From contig NC_091994.1 of the NCBI RefSeq assembly GCF_044704955.1, forward strand, positions 94,550,001 through 94,614,000: DNA of 64,000 bases. The letters run 5' to 3'. Below the pieces are notes generated by a model. That model had not been told where the DNA came from. It searched no databases and saw only the letters and a program-made list of their open reading frames with translations. This DNA comes from Pristiophorus japonicus. Its lineage: Eukaryota. Positions 12,371-25,723 of the stretch are shown piece by piece. The position numbers and the translations under genes were made by a program. Numbering within the stretch: position 1 is the stretch's first letter; each line of letters starts with the position of its first letter.

Positions 12371-15300
12371 GGCTGAAGACTGGAGCAGATGAAATTATTT
12401 CTGCCCTATGAGAAAATAGAGAAGTGAGGAGGTTGACGTTTATTTTAAGTTTAATGCTGATTGTATAGTTAATATTTGTGTATTTGTGAGGTGGACAGTG
12501 AAACTGAGTTTGGAGAAGGTTCTCCACCGGCAGTGAAGGAATGTTTTGGTACAAAACTGGGAAATGAAGACTTATCGAGTGTAAAATAAGATGTGCTGCT
12601 GGTTTTGAAGGTTGGAGATATATGTGTAGATGTTGAAAGAGTTTCTAAAGAAGTCTCAGGGGTTGACGATTCGTATACTGAATATACTGAGAAAAAGCAA
12701 TTCTCAGGGATTCTTGAGATAAAGAAACTGTGTAAGTGGGTGCTCTAGCTTTGCACGTTAAATGGTTTGAAGAGGTATTTTCCATGTTGCTCACATTTGA
12801 TTGATATGTGGTCTCAATAGAAGAGGCTGCAGGAATAGAACTTTGTATTTCTGTGCTACAAGAAGATTGAGAGATTGACTTTGTAACTGTTTTTTCTGCT
12901 ACTGATTGTCATGTGGGGTTCATTGCATTCGAGGAAGGTTGTACAGTTAAGATTGCAGAATGTTCTCGGTTGACAATGGGCACTCGAGATTTTCCTGACA
13001 TTTCAGAACTTGGGGAAAAGGATGTCCCTGGTGTAACATAGGCACAGATGCTGGTTTCGGGAATGGAAAGCCGATGTGTGTTAGTGGAAGAGCTTTGTGA
13101 AGGAGTCTCAGGAATGGTTGATGACTTGTCTAATACAGAATATGCCGAAGGGGCAGTTAGGTTTGGGTATTCACTGGAGACTGGAGCACTGTGAGTAGCT
13201 GTGTGTTTTTCATATGATGAAAATGTGGTTGAATGAGAGATTTCCATTGATGTAGTTGCTTTATGGGTCTGGAATGGGATGGTTGTCCCACTAGAAGAGA
13301 TGCTCAGAGCAGAACTCTGGACTTCTGTGTCAAGAAAGGCTGGAGTCATTGACAATGCTTCTTCTGATGTTAATTCTGAATGCGCTATGGTGTTTGATTC
13401 TTTTGAAGTGGGTTGTAAAAGTGATACTGTCGAAGGTGCTTTGGTGGCAGAGTATGAAAGGGATTGTTCTACTGACTCGGAGCTGAAATAGGAAGCTGTA
13501 CCTGATGTGACACCGGATGGAGTCATTGTTTTTGGAGTAGAAGATACTTGTACGGAAGTGAAAAGAGTTTGTGTGGAAGTGTCAGAGACAATTGGTGACT
13601 GATGTGAAATACATTGAAGAGATTGAGCTCTGGGATTGATGAGGTACCGGCATAAGATGAGTGGTTCCGCTTGTTTGATTAAGTGGTGGTTGTATAAAAT
13701 TAAAGCTTTCCATAGATGGATTTTTCATATGTGGCTCTGGTGGACTGGTTCTCTCAACAGAAGAGACTGCAATAGTGGGACTAGAGATATCCTTGCTATG
13801 CCAAGACTGAGTAATTGACAGCATTATTGTTTCCTCTGATGTGAGTGCTGAGTCTGATGCAATGGAATTTGAAAATGACACCGTTGAGATTTTTTTGTTT
13901 AATATGGGTAAAATAGCAAAGATGGAAGATTGCCTTTCTGACTGAATTGGGAGAAGAAGGAGCCTTTGGTGTAAAGGGTGTGACGCACTGCTTTGGGCTG
14001 TGGAAGGTAGTTGTGTGGCAGTTGAAAGTGCAGTTGTATTAGGGGCAATTGTTGTTTCTGAAGTAGAATATCTGAGGAAAGAGGGTGAGCTCTTTGACTG
14101 GTAAGATACAGGAACACTGTGCCTTGTTTCCTATGATATTGATTAATTCAAAGAAGAGTGTTTCACTGGCACGTGTGTCTTGGGTGGGCTACTTTTGCCA
14201 GTCGGCGATACTGTAAAAGTTGAAGTTTCTTCAGAAATAGAAGATGTAACGTGAGATGAGCTACTTGATTCTGGAATAGAAGATACAAAAGTGGAGGTTG
14301 AAAGTGTTTGAGGACGTATTGGGGAAAGTTGTTGACTTATCTGTGGAAAATATCAAAGATGAAGTTGATAATTGGGACTCCTGAGATACAGGAATAATGT
14401 GAGGAATTAGGGTTTCCCCCTCTGATATCAGTTGAGACTTAGCAGAGTTCGGCATTGACATTTTTGTTATGTGTGATGGGCTTTTTCTCTCCGTAGAAGA
14501 GTATGCAATACCAAGACTTAAGAATTCTGAGGTGTGAGGAACGTGAGTGATTGGCAAATAATTTTTTTCTTCTGATTTTAATTTTGAGTGCGGTGTGGTA
14601 TTTGTCACTTCTGAGTTGGATTGTGAATTTGATGTAGAATTTCCTTTACTGACTCTTGGTGAAACAGAGGGGAATGTTAATTGTTATGTTAACTTTGATT
14701 TGGAAGAAGGAGTTGTCTCTGATGTATTGTAGGAAGAGGCACTGCTCCATGGATTGGAAGATTTAAGTGTGGAATTCGAAGGGATTTGTGAAGAGGTATC
14801 AGGCAAAGTTGTTGCATCAAATGGGGAATACCCGAAGGAAGCCTGAGAGCTCATGGATTCCTGAGATACAGGAAGGCTTTGAGTGAGCTTGCTTTTTTCA
14901 CAAGATGGTGAGTGGGTAAATAAGGTTTCGATGGGTGTGCCAAAGTCCATCTTTCTTTCAGTAGAAGAGACTACAGTGGTGGAATTTGGGAATTCTGTGC
15001 TGTTGGAAGACTGAATCAGTGCAAGTGTGGTTTGATCTTTTGATGCCATTACTGAGTGTGATGAGATGGACTGTGAACTAATACTGTAGGAGACTCTTTG
15101 CTGTCAGTAGGTGGCACAAAAGAGCTGGTCAACTGTGTTTGCTCAGAAGGGAGAGATGATTTTTTTGATGTTCTGGTCTCAGAAATGGAAGATGTGTGCT
15201 TGGAAGTTGAAAAGGCTTGAGAGGAAGTATTGGGAATATTTGATGATTGATGCTGGAAACACTGGACTCTTGAGCTATAGGAACACTGTGAGTGATAATT

Positions 15301-16829
15301 TTTGTTTCAAATGGTGGTGTTGTGGTTAAAAAGGAACTTTCCTTTGGAGAAATGTCACATCTGATTGAGGTGGGCTGTTTGTCTCGGTAATAGAGACTGT
15401 AACATCAGAAATAAGGATCTCCCTGGGGTGTGAATGTTGAGGTGTTGAGGAGGTAATTGTTTTTTGAGTGGTTAATGGTGAAATTATTGTGTTATTGAGC
15501 TTAATTGATGCGTTTTTGATGTGTACCCCCATGGAATGCTGTTTACTGACAAACATGGGGGAGGTGAAATGTGTGAGGGAACTTTGGAAAATCTACTATT
15601 TTCTGTTTTTTCTAAAACTGAAAGCATTTGTGAGATTGTCTTCGAGAGATTTGGTGACTTGGTTTTCAAATACATTGTAGAGGAGATAGGACTCAAAGAG
15701 CTGTGAGAAGCAGAGGCACTTTAATCAATTGCACACATCAGATAAGATGCAAGACCACTTAGCGAGGATATTTTTGTTGGTGTGTTTGAGCGTGACTGAG
15801 TTGTGGTGAATGGGTGTACAGACCTGAGGACTGTGATTGATGACGTTAGGGTCCCAGGACCACGAGAAGACCGAGACATTGATGCAGTCCTTGATTCTGG
15901 GTTGCTAATGGATTTTTGTGAGGCTTTTAGAGAAGAAAGCAGAGAGGCTGTAGACAGCATAGTAATTTTGGTGGACTCATTATTTGAAGTCACAGTACCA
16001 GATGACTTTGATGGAACCGAAGATACAGAGGAGGCTGACTGGTCTAATGAAGTAATGTGAGGTCAAGATGCTGTCATGCCACCAATTTGTGTATACCTTT
16101 TCCTTATACTGATGTACAAATTGGAAAGATGATTGAAGATGTCTTCATCAAAGGGATGAGAGATAAGTGAGTTGTTGCAAAAGTTTGCAATCCTTGTGAT
16201 GTAGATGTGAGTGAAGCACTTGTCTTCAGTGAAGTTGCTGAAGATGCATGATGTGTTAGATTGTCTCCTGCGGAATAGAATAACCTAATGCTGGTTATTG
16301 TCAGGGATGTGTGTCAATCTGTACATTTTTGTTTCTCAAACTAATTGTGCAGAATATGTCAAGATGTCTACAATGAGCTAAAATATGTTTCTTTTAACGT
16401 GATTTTCACCTGTATTCTGCTGTTTTTTAATGAATTAAGATTGCTATTTGATTCAAGTCATATATATAAAAAGAAAACCCAAGATCTTTGCATGTTAATT
16501 AAATAAGAATAATGATGCGACAAGTGCAGTAACTGGTGGATACAAGATGTGTCTGACTGATAATTAAGTCAGTCAGTCATCCAAATCTTCAAAATCTTTG
16601 TTCAAATAACCCAAATGCCAAGAAATAGTTTTAGAGGACATATTTCCCTGATTTGCATAACTTTTCCATATATCCCACCCATATGTGTGCAAGACATTAG
16701 CTCCAGCACAGGGGAATGAAGGGTGGGAGGGGCAGGGATATGGTGCAGCATATCCCTGAGCACTTTTCAGCCCCCACTGTAGATCTGCCAAAAAAATCAA
16801 TGGGAGCGGGGTGATGTCTAGCCTGATTG

Positions 16830-17060
16830 TCAGCACACACTTGAGCCTGATTCTCATTCAACAGTCACGCATATACAGTCTCCAGGAGTTACTGGTTGGG
16901 GAGCAAGAGTAGGAGCCCTCACTGGGCTCATCCCTACTGTCCCTAGTTCCGGTTGCTGAGGCAAATTTTAGCCTCTTACCACCAACTTGGTCAAATTCAA
17001 CTAGCTCAGCACAGACCGACAATAGAACCTGGGATGTTCCTGGTCTGCATAGCGGATCAC
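16830..17060 (-). mobile_element. Old AmnSINE2-like tRNA-derived SINE
   Basis: Reverse complement reads cagaccaggaacatcccaggttc...ggtctgtgctgagctagttga, similar to 55935-56168; family name recalled from memory. Confidence 0.55.
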
Positions 17061-17424
17061 CCTCCTCATGAGTGCATTTCCCAGCCAAACTATTTGGGAA
17101 GCTCTCCATCTTATTCCCCTTTCTTTATGGAGATAGATTGTGTCTGGATGGGCAGAGGTGATGGATCAGTTGGGTGGACCACCCCAATCCAGATCCATCG
17201 GATTGATTGACAAGGACTCTTCACAGGGCACTATCGATGTTGCGTGTAACTCCAGTGTGACTCCATGCATTTGGAAAGTTTCACTTCAGACGTTAGAGAT
17301 ACTGCAAAAGCTTGAAGCTTACCCGATGTTGAGATGGATGTTCTTGATGCTTCTGTCAGGTTTCCTGTGACAACTGATAGAAAAATGGATCATAAACAGT
17401 CACATCCAAACATTTAAAGTCACA

Positions 17425-17560
17425 GAGAACATAAGAATATAAGAAATAGGAGCAGGAGTAGGCCATACGGCTCCTCGAGCCTGCTCCACCATTTAATACG
17501 ATCATGGCTGATCCGATCATGGACTCAGCTCCACTTCCCTGCCCACTCCCCATAACCCCT
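17425..17560 (-). mobile_element. CR1 3'-end fragment
   Basis: gaacataagaatataagaaataggagcaggagtaggcc... same 3'UTR as 7561. Confidence 0.85.
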
Positions 17561-17686
17561 GGTGACTTATGCTATTCTTTTGGAATGTATTTTTGGTATG
17601 TGAATGACACTGGCAAGGCTGCAATTATTGCCCATCCCAAATGCTCTGAGATGATGGTGACTGTTTTTACAACTGCTAGGACATTT

Positions 17687-17938
17687 GGGGGGGAAATTGC
17701 ATAGTGCCCCATTTGGGGGGCGGTAATAGCCGTGAGGCAGGATTTCCTGCGACCCAAATTCAGATTACCGCCCTCAAAATAATGCGCTCCACTTGCTCTG
17801 TGGGGCGGAAGCAGGGTGGAAGGAATCCGAGAGGGGTGTGCAACGCTACGTGCTGGAACGCATAGTGCTGCTGCGTAGAAAGGGGCGGGTCAAAGTTCCG
17901 ATTCTGCGGGTCTCTGTTACTGCTTAAAGATGGAGGCT
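17687..17938. mobile_element. One arm of a GC-rich Harbinger-type non-autonomous element
   Basis: CpG-rich island starting GGGGGGGAAATTG, resembling the termini of 25724, 40284 and 46240; no second end found. Confidence 0.4.
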
Positions 17939-18568
17939 TTAGTTTTCTAATCGTAACCCATTAATACTTCGGTTCTGTCTGCATGGAAGAGGACACAATT
18001 AACGTCCCAGAAATGCTCGGGAACCAAGAGTTTAGTGAGCAAGAGGAATTAAAGGAAATGATTATTAGTAAGAAAATAGTGCTGGAGAAACTAATGGGAC
18101 TGAAGGCAGATAAAACCCCAGGGCCTGATGATCTGCACCCAGAGTACTAAAAGAGGTAGCCATGGAAATAGTAGATGCATTGGTTGTCATCTTCCAAAAT
18201 TCTATAGATTATGGAACAGTTCCTGCAGATTGGAGGGTGGCAAATGTAACCCCACTATTTAAAAAAGGAGGGAGAAAGAAAACAGGGAACTACAGACCGG
18301 TTAGCTCAACATCAGTAGTAGGGAAAATGCTAGAGTATATTATAAAGGATGTGATAATGGCACAATTAGATAATATCAACAGGATTAAACGAAGTCAACA
18401 TGGATTTATGAAAGGAAAATCATGTTTGACAAACCTACTGGAGTTTTTTGAGGATGTAACTGATAGAATAGATAAGGGAGAACCAGTAGATGTAGTGTAT
18501 TTGGATTTTCAGAAAGCCTTTGATAAAGTCCCACATAAGAGGTTAGTGTGTAAAATTAAAGCACATCG

Positions 18569-21500
18569 TGTTGTGTAGCTGTAAAGCATGCCCTCCCATG
18601 TTCTGCCACCAGGGAACGCATCCCCTGACTGTATATAAGTTGGCCCCGAAGGCCTGTTCCTCATTAAGGAGTGTCTAAATAAAGACTGAGGTCACTGTGT
18701 GCAGTCTCATCTGTGTTAGGAACACAATAACTGGCGACGAATATACGAATCCAACGCAGAGATGCAGCAAATTGTGGGCATCCTGGAGAAGTTCTCGGAG
18801 GGTGAGGACTGGGATGCCTATGTCGAACGGCTAGACCAGTGCTTTGTAGCCAATGAGCTGGACGGAGAAGGAAGCACTGCAAAAAGGAGAGCGGTCCTCC
18901 TCATGGTCTGCGGGGCGCTGACCTACAGTCTCATGAAGAATCTTCTGGCTCCGGTGAAACCCACAGATAAGTCATATGAGGAGCTGTGTACACTGGTTCG
19001 GGAGCATCTTAACCTGATGGCGAGGTATCGGTTCTCCACGTGCCAGCGATCTGAAAGTCAGGAAGTGGCGAGCTACGTCGCCGAGCTAAGGCGACTTGCA
19101 GGACAATGTGAGTTTGATGGCTACCTGGAGCAAATGCTCAGAGACTTTTTTGTACTGGGCATTGGCCACGAGACCATCCTATGAAAACTTTTGACTGTAG
19201 AGACACCGATCCTCAGTAAGGCCATTGCGACAGCACAGGTGTTTGTGTCCACCAGTGATAACACCAAACAAATCTCTCAGCACACAAGTGCTAGCAATGT
19301 TCATAAATTAACTGGAACTGTGTTTGCGAGCAGAAATGTACAGTGCAGAAACCATGAGTCTGCAACTGCCAGCAGGCTTCAGGTGTACCAGATGACTCAG
19401 AGTCCGCTACAAAGGATGAATGCAAGGCAATTCACACCTTTTTGGCATCGTGGAGGCTTCCATTCAGCCTATTCATGCCGCTTCAAAGGGTATGTTTGCA
19501 AGAGCTGTGGAACAATGGGGCACCTCCAACGAGCTTGCAGACAAGCTCTGTTTAAAAAAGGGGGCAGACAAAAGGCAGGTAACTATAGGCCGGTTAGTTT
19601 AACATCTGTAGTGGGGAAAATGCTTGAAGCTATCATTAAGGAAGAAATAGCGCGACATCTAGATAGGAATAGTGCAATCAAGCAGACGCAACATGGATTC
19701 ATGAAGGGGAAATCATGTTTAACTAATTTACTGGAATTCTTTGAGGATATAACGAGCATGGTGGATAGAGGTGTACCGATGGATGTGGTGTATTTAGATT
19801 TCCAAAAGGCATTCGATAAGGTGCCACACAAAAGGTTACTGCAGAAGATAAAGGTACGCGGTGTCAGAGGAAATGTATTAGCATGGATAGAGAATTGGCT
19901 GGCTAACAGAAAGCAGAGAGTCGGGATAAATGGGTCCTTTTCAGGTTGGAAATCGATGGTTAGTGGTGTGCCACAGGGTTCGGTGCTGGGACCACAACTG
20001 TTTACAATATACATAGATGACCTGGAAGAGGGGACAGAGTGTAGTGTTACAAAATTTGCAGATGACTCAAAGATTAGTGGGAAAGCGGGTTGTGTAGAGG
20101 ACACAGAGAGGCTGCAAAGAGATTTAGATAGGTTAAGCGAATGCTAAGGTTTGGCAGATGGAATATAATGTTGGAAAATGTGAGGTCATCCACCTTGGAA
20201 AAAAAAACAGTAAAAGGGAATATTATTTGAATGGGGAGAAATTACAACTTGCTGCGGTGCAGAGGGACCTGGGGGTCCTTGTGCATGAATCCCAAAAAGT
20301 TAGTTTGCAGGTGTAGCAGGTAATCAAGAAGGCGAATGGAATGTTGGCCTTCATTGCAAGAGGGATGGAGTACAAAAGCAGGGAGGTCCTGCTGCAACTG
20401 TACAGGATATTGGTGAGGCCGCACCTGGAGTACTGCGTGCAGTTTTGGTCACCTTACTTAAGGAAGGATATACTAGCTTTGGAGGGGGTACAGAGATGAT
20501 TCACTAGGCTGATTCCAGAGATGAGGGGGTTACCTTATGATGATAGCTTGAGTAGACTGGGTCTTTGCTTGTTGGAGTTCAGAAGAATGAGGGGTGATCT
20601 TATAGAAACATTTAAAATAATGAAAGGGATAGACAAGATAGAGGCAGAGAGGTTGTTTCCACTGGTCGGGGAGACTAGAACTAGGAGGCACAGCCTCAAA
20701 ATACGGGGGAGCCAATTGAGAAGGAATTTCTTCTCCAAGAGGGTTGTGAATCTGTGGAATTCTCTGCCCAGGGAAGCAGTTGAGGTTAGCTCATTGAATG
20801 TATTCAAATCGTAGATAGATAGATTTTTAACCAATAAGGGAATTAAGGGTTATGGGGAGCGGGCGGGTAAGTGGCGCTGAGTCCACGACCAGATCAGCCA
20901 TGATCTTATTGAATGGCGGAGCAGGCTCGAGGGGCTAGATGGCCTACACTTGGTCCTAATTCTTATGTAAGCTCTGCAAAACCTGCTAACCACCACGTGG
21001 CAGAGGAAGATCGGTCCATGGTGGATCAAAGCAATTTCGAGCCTCAGAGAGAGGAGGCAGATGCTGAAGTACACGGGGTGCACACATTTTTGATGAAATG
21101 TCCACCTATAATGCTAAATGTAAAATTGAATGGTTTACCCATAGCCATGGAACAGGACACTGGCACTAGCCAATCCATTATGAGTAAAAAGATGTTTGAG
21201 AGACTGTGGTGCAGCAAGGCACTCAGACCAGCCCTGAGCCCCATCCACACGAAAGTGAGAACATACACCAAAGAGCTCATCACTGTCCTGGGCAGCGCCA
21301 TGGTCAAGGTCACCTACAAGGGCACGATGCACGAACTGCCACTCTGGATTGTCCCGGGCGAAGGCCCCATACTGCTTGGAAGGAGCTGGCTGGGCAAATC
21401 CACTGGAAGTGGGATGACATCCGAGCACTATCACATGTCGATGAGGCCTCCTGTACCCAGGTTCTTAACAAATTTCCTTCCCTTTTTGAGCCAGGCATTG

Positions 21501-24500
21501 GAAACTTTTCCGGGGCGAAGGTGCGGATCCATTTGGTCCCAGAGGCACGACCCATTCACCACAAGGCGCAAACGGTACCTCACATGATGAGGGAGAGAGT
21601 GGAAATTAAGCTGGACAGGCTGCAACGTGAGGGCATCATCTCCCCAGTGGAATTCAGCGAGTAGGCCAGCCCAATTGTTCCAGTACTCAAAAGTGATGGC
21701 ACGGTCAGGATTTGCGGTGATTATAAAGTAACTATTAATCGTTTCTCGCTACAGGACCAATACCCACTACCGAAGGCAGACGACCTATTTGTGATGTTGG
21801 CAGGAGGCAAGACGTTTACCAAGCTCGACCTGACTTCGGCCTACATGACGCAGGAGCTGGAGGAGTCTTCGAAGGGCCTCACCTGCATCAACACGCACAA
21901 GGGACTGTTCATCTACAACAGATGCCCATTTGGAATTCGGTCGGCTGCAGCGATCTTCCAGAGAAACATGACGAGCTTACTCAAGTCGGTGTCATGCACG
22001 GTGATTTTTCAGGACGACATATTGGTCACGGGTCAGGACACCGTCGAGCACCTACAAAACCTGTAGGAGGTCCTCCAGCGACTGGATCGTGTAGGGCTGC
22101 GGCTGAAGAGGTCAAAATGCGTCTTCATAGCAACAGAAGTGGAGTTTTTGGGGAGAAAGATTGCGGCGGACGGCATTCGGCCCACAGATGCCAAGACAGA
22201 GGCTATCAGGAACGCGCCCAGGCCACGAAACATCACGGAGCTGCGGTCATTTCTGGGACTCCTCAACTATTTTGGTAACTTCCTACTGGGGTTAAGCACC
22301 CTCTTAGAGCCCCTACATCTGTTATTGCGTAAAGGTGAGAGCTGGGTATGGGGAAAAAAACAAGTAATTGCTTTTGAGAAAGCCAGAAACATTTTATGCT
22401 CCAACAAACTGCTTGTATTGTATAACCCATGTAAAAGATTTGTGCTAGCATGTGATGCATCATCGTACGGAGTCGGGTGTGTATTACAACAAGCTAACGT
22501 TGCGGGGAAGTTGCAACCTGTCGCCTATGCCTCCAGGAGCTTGTCTAAGGCCGAGAGAGCCTACAGCATGATTGAGAAAGAGGCATTATTGTGTATGTTC
22601 GGGGTAAAGAAAATGCATCAGTACCTGTTTGGCCTCAAATTTGAGCTGGAAACTGATCACAAGGCCCTCATATCCCTCTTCGTTGAAAACAAGGGGATAA
22701 ATACTAATGCCTCAGCCCGCATAGAAAGGTGGGCACTCACGCTATCAGCGTATAACTATACCATCCGCCACAGGCCAGACACCGAGGACTGTGCGGATGC
22801 TCTCAGTCGGCTACCATTGCCCATCATGGGTGTGGAAATGGCGCAGCCTGCAAACTTGTTGATGGTGGCGCAGCCCGCAGACTTGTTGATGGTCATGGAA
22901 GCATTTGAAAATGATAACTCACCTGTCACGGCCCGCCAGATTAGGACTTGGACCAGCCAAGATCCTCTGCTGTCCCTAGTAAAAAACTGTGTACTGCATG
23001 GGAGCTGGGTCAGCATCCCCCTTGAAATGCAAGAGCTAATCAAGCCGTTCCAGTGGCGAAAAGACGAGCTGTCCATTCAGGCAGATTGCCTGTTGTGGGG
23101 TAACCGCATAGTGCTACTCAAAAAGGGCAGGGAGACGTTCATCTCAGATCTCCACAGCACACACCCGGGTATAGTAATGATGAAAGCAATAGCCAGATCC
23201 CATGTGTGGTGGCCCGGTATCGAATCTGACTTAGAGTCCTGTGTACGGCAATGCAGCGTATGTGCTCAGTTGAGCAACGCGCCCAGAGCGGCACCACTAA
23301 GTTTGTGGTCCTGGCCCTCCAGACCATGGTCGAGGATCCATGTCGACAATGCGGGCCCGTTTCTCGGTAAAATGTCCCTGGTGGTGGTGGATGCTTTTTC
23401 AAAATGGATTGAATGTGAAATAATGTCGGGAAGCACCGCCACCGCCACCATTGAAAGCCTGAGGGCCATGTTTGTTACCCACGGCCTGCCTGACATACTG
23501 GTCAGTGACAACGGGCCATGTTTCACTAGTGCCGAATTTAAAGAATTCATGACTGGCAATGGGATCAAACATGTCACCTTGGCCCCGTTTAAACCAGCCT
23601 CCAATGGGCAGGCAGAGCAGGCAGTACAAACAATCAAACAGAGCCTTAAATGAGTCACAGAAGGCTCACTCCAAACCTGCCTGTCCTGAGTACTGCTCAG
23701 CTACTGCACGAGACCCCACTCACTCACAGGGGTGTCCCCGGCTGAGCTACTCATGAAAAGGACACTTAAAACCAGACTCTCGCTGGTTAACCCCAACCTG
23801 CATGATCAGGTAGAGAGCAGGCGGCAGCAACAAAATGTAAACGATGATCACGCCACTGTGTCACGGGAAATTGATCTGAATGACCCTGTGTATGTGCTAA
23901 ACTATGGACATGGTCCCAAGTGGATCGCGGGCACGGTGATAGCTAAAGAAGGGAGTAGGGTGTTTGTAGTCAAACTAGACAATGGGCAAGTTTGCAGAAA
24001 GCACCTGGACCAAACGAGGCTGCAGTTCACAGACTGCCCTGAACAACCCACAGCAGACACCACCTTTTTCGAGCCCACAACACACACCCAAAGGATCAAC
24101 GTCACCACCCCGGACCAGGAAATCGAACCCATCACGTCCACCAGCCCAGCAAGGCCAGGCTCACCCAGCAGCCCTGCAGGGCCAACAACACGCCAGCCCA
24201 GCGAGGGCACAGTCAACACACCAGAACAGACATTTGTACCGAGGCGGTCCGCCAGGGAAAGAAAGGCTCCCGACCTCCTCACCTTGTAAATAGTTTTCAC
24301 TTTGACTTTGGTGGGGAGTGATGTTGTGTATCTGTAAAGCATGCCCTCCCATGTTCCGCCACCAGGGAACGCATCCCTTGAAGTCCCAATGGATCCCAGC
24401 ATCCCTTGGGAGCACTGTATATATGCCGGCCCCTGAAGCCTGTTCCTCACTCTGGAGTGTATAAACAAAGACTGTTACTTTAACCTCCCTATGTGCAGTC

Positions 24501-24522
24501 TCATCGTTGTAGGAACACAATA
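18569..24522 (+). mobile_element. Full-length Gypsy LTR retrotransposon (Mag-like), gag-pol disrupted
   Basis: LTRs 18569-18729 and 24322-24522 (TGTTGTGT...ACACAATA). PBS TGGCGACGA at 18732; PPT ggtggggagtga; 5-bp TSD CATCG/CATAG. Gag (DWDAYVERL), protease (QDTG), RT (FQDDILV), RNaseH (CDASSYG), integrase (SDNGPCF). Confidence 0.95.
19551..20968 (+). mobile_element. 5'-truncated CR1 inserted into Gypsy gag
   Basis: CR1 RT motifs and 3' tail; TSD aagctctg at 19543-19550 and 20969-20976. Confidence 0.92.
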
Positions 24523-25723
24523 CATAGGATTAGGGGTAATGTATTGGCATGGATTGAAAATTGGTTAACTGACAGGAAACAGAGAGTAGGAATAAACGGG
24601 TCTTTTTCGGGGTGGTGGGCAGTGACTAGTGGCTTACCACAGGGATCAGTGCTTGGGCCCCAGATATCCACAATGTATAAATGATTTGGATGAGGGAAAC
24701 AAATGTAATATTTCCAAGTTTGCTGACGACACAAAACTAGGTGGGATTGTGAGTTGTGAGGAGGATGCAAAGATGCTGCAAGGTGATTTAGATAGGTTGA
24801 GTGAGTGGGCAAACACATGGCAGATGCAGTATAACGTGGATAAATGTGAAGTTATCCACTTTGGTAGGAAAAACATCAGGACAAAGTATTATTTAAATGG
24901 TGATAGCTTGGGAAATGTCGATGTACAGAGGGACCTGGGTGCCCTTGTACACCAGTCATTGGAAGCAAACATGCAGGTGCAGCAAGCAATTAGGAAGGCA
25001 AATGGTATGTTGGCCTTCATTGCAAGAGGATGTGAGTACAGGAGCAAGGATGTCTTACTACAGTTATACGGGGCCTTGGTGAGACCACACCTAGAGTATT
25101 GTGTACAGTTTTGGTCTCCTTACCTAAGAAAGGATATACTTGCCATAGAGGGAGTGCAGCGAAGGTTCACCAGACTGATTCCTGGGATGGTAGGACTGTC
25201 ATATGAGGAGAAATTGGGTCGACTAGGCCTGTATTCACTAGAGCTTAGAAGAATGAGAGGGGATCTCATTGAAACGTATAAAATTCTGATGGGGTTGGAT
25301 AGACTGGATGCGGGGAGGATGTTTCCCCTGGCTGGGAAGTCTAGAACAAGGGGTCACAGTCTCAGGATACGGGGTAAGAAATTTAGGACACAGATGAGGA
25401 GAAATTTTTTCACTCAGAGGGTGGTGAACCTGTGGAATTCTCTACCACAGAAGGCTGTGGAGGCCAAGTCACTGAATATATTTAAGAGGGAGATAGATAG
25501 GTTTCTAGACACAAAAGACATCAAGGGGTATGGGGAAAAAGCAGGAATATGGTGTTGAGATAGAGGATCAGCCATGATCATATTGAATGGTGGTGCAGGC
25601 TCGAGGGGCTGAATGGCCTACTACTGCTCCTATTTTCTATGTTTCGAATGAGATACCAGGCCTGAGTCTCAACATTCATGTTCATTCTAGGGGACTGGCT
25701 GGTGGCAGTGACTCAGACATTGT

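Larger units (their letters stand above)
403..16267 (-). pseudogene. Decayed giant mucin/PTS-type (Ser/Thr/Pro/Glu-rich) exon, about 10 kb excluding insertions; 3' end lies outside the window
   Basis: Dozens of short minus-strand S/T/P-rich ORFs share recurring motifs (STIPETSS, HTVPVSQE, ALTSEE, PHSTEV). Minus-strand acceptor ttattctattccgcAG|GAGACAAT at 16268/16267 opens the S/T-rich frame (DNLTHHASSATSLKTSASLTSTSQ). Longest ORF only ~210 aa. Interrupted by RTE, SINE and CR1 insertions. Confidence 0.75.
17965..25645 (+). mobile_element. CR1 LINE (RT half) split by Gypsy insertion; pieces 17965-18568 and 24523-25645
   Basis: ORF 18162-18578 (NYRPVS, QHGF, YLDFQKAFDKVPH) continues in ORFs 24493-25558 (KFADDTK...LWNSLP); 3' tail ttttctatgtttc. 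Confidence 0.92.

Noticed and set aside
223-16060. Plus-strand ORFs rich in V/E/D across the first 16 kb, including poly-Met at 382-402
   Set aside because: Antisense shadows of S/T codons; the poly-Met is the (ATG)n retroposon tail.
403-16267. Naming the gene (MUC16, ADGRG4, VCAN) or calling it an intact CDS
   Set aside because: No diagnostic folded domain is visible in the window and the frame is repeatedly broken.
19191-20147. 318-aa novel Zn-knuckle/RT gene
   Set aside because: Accidental fusion at a CR1 insertion junction with a clear TSD.
20913-21587. Standalone aspartic protease gene
   Set aside because: Gypsy protease region read through from the CR1 tail; part of the LTR element.
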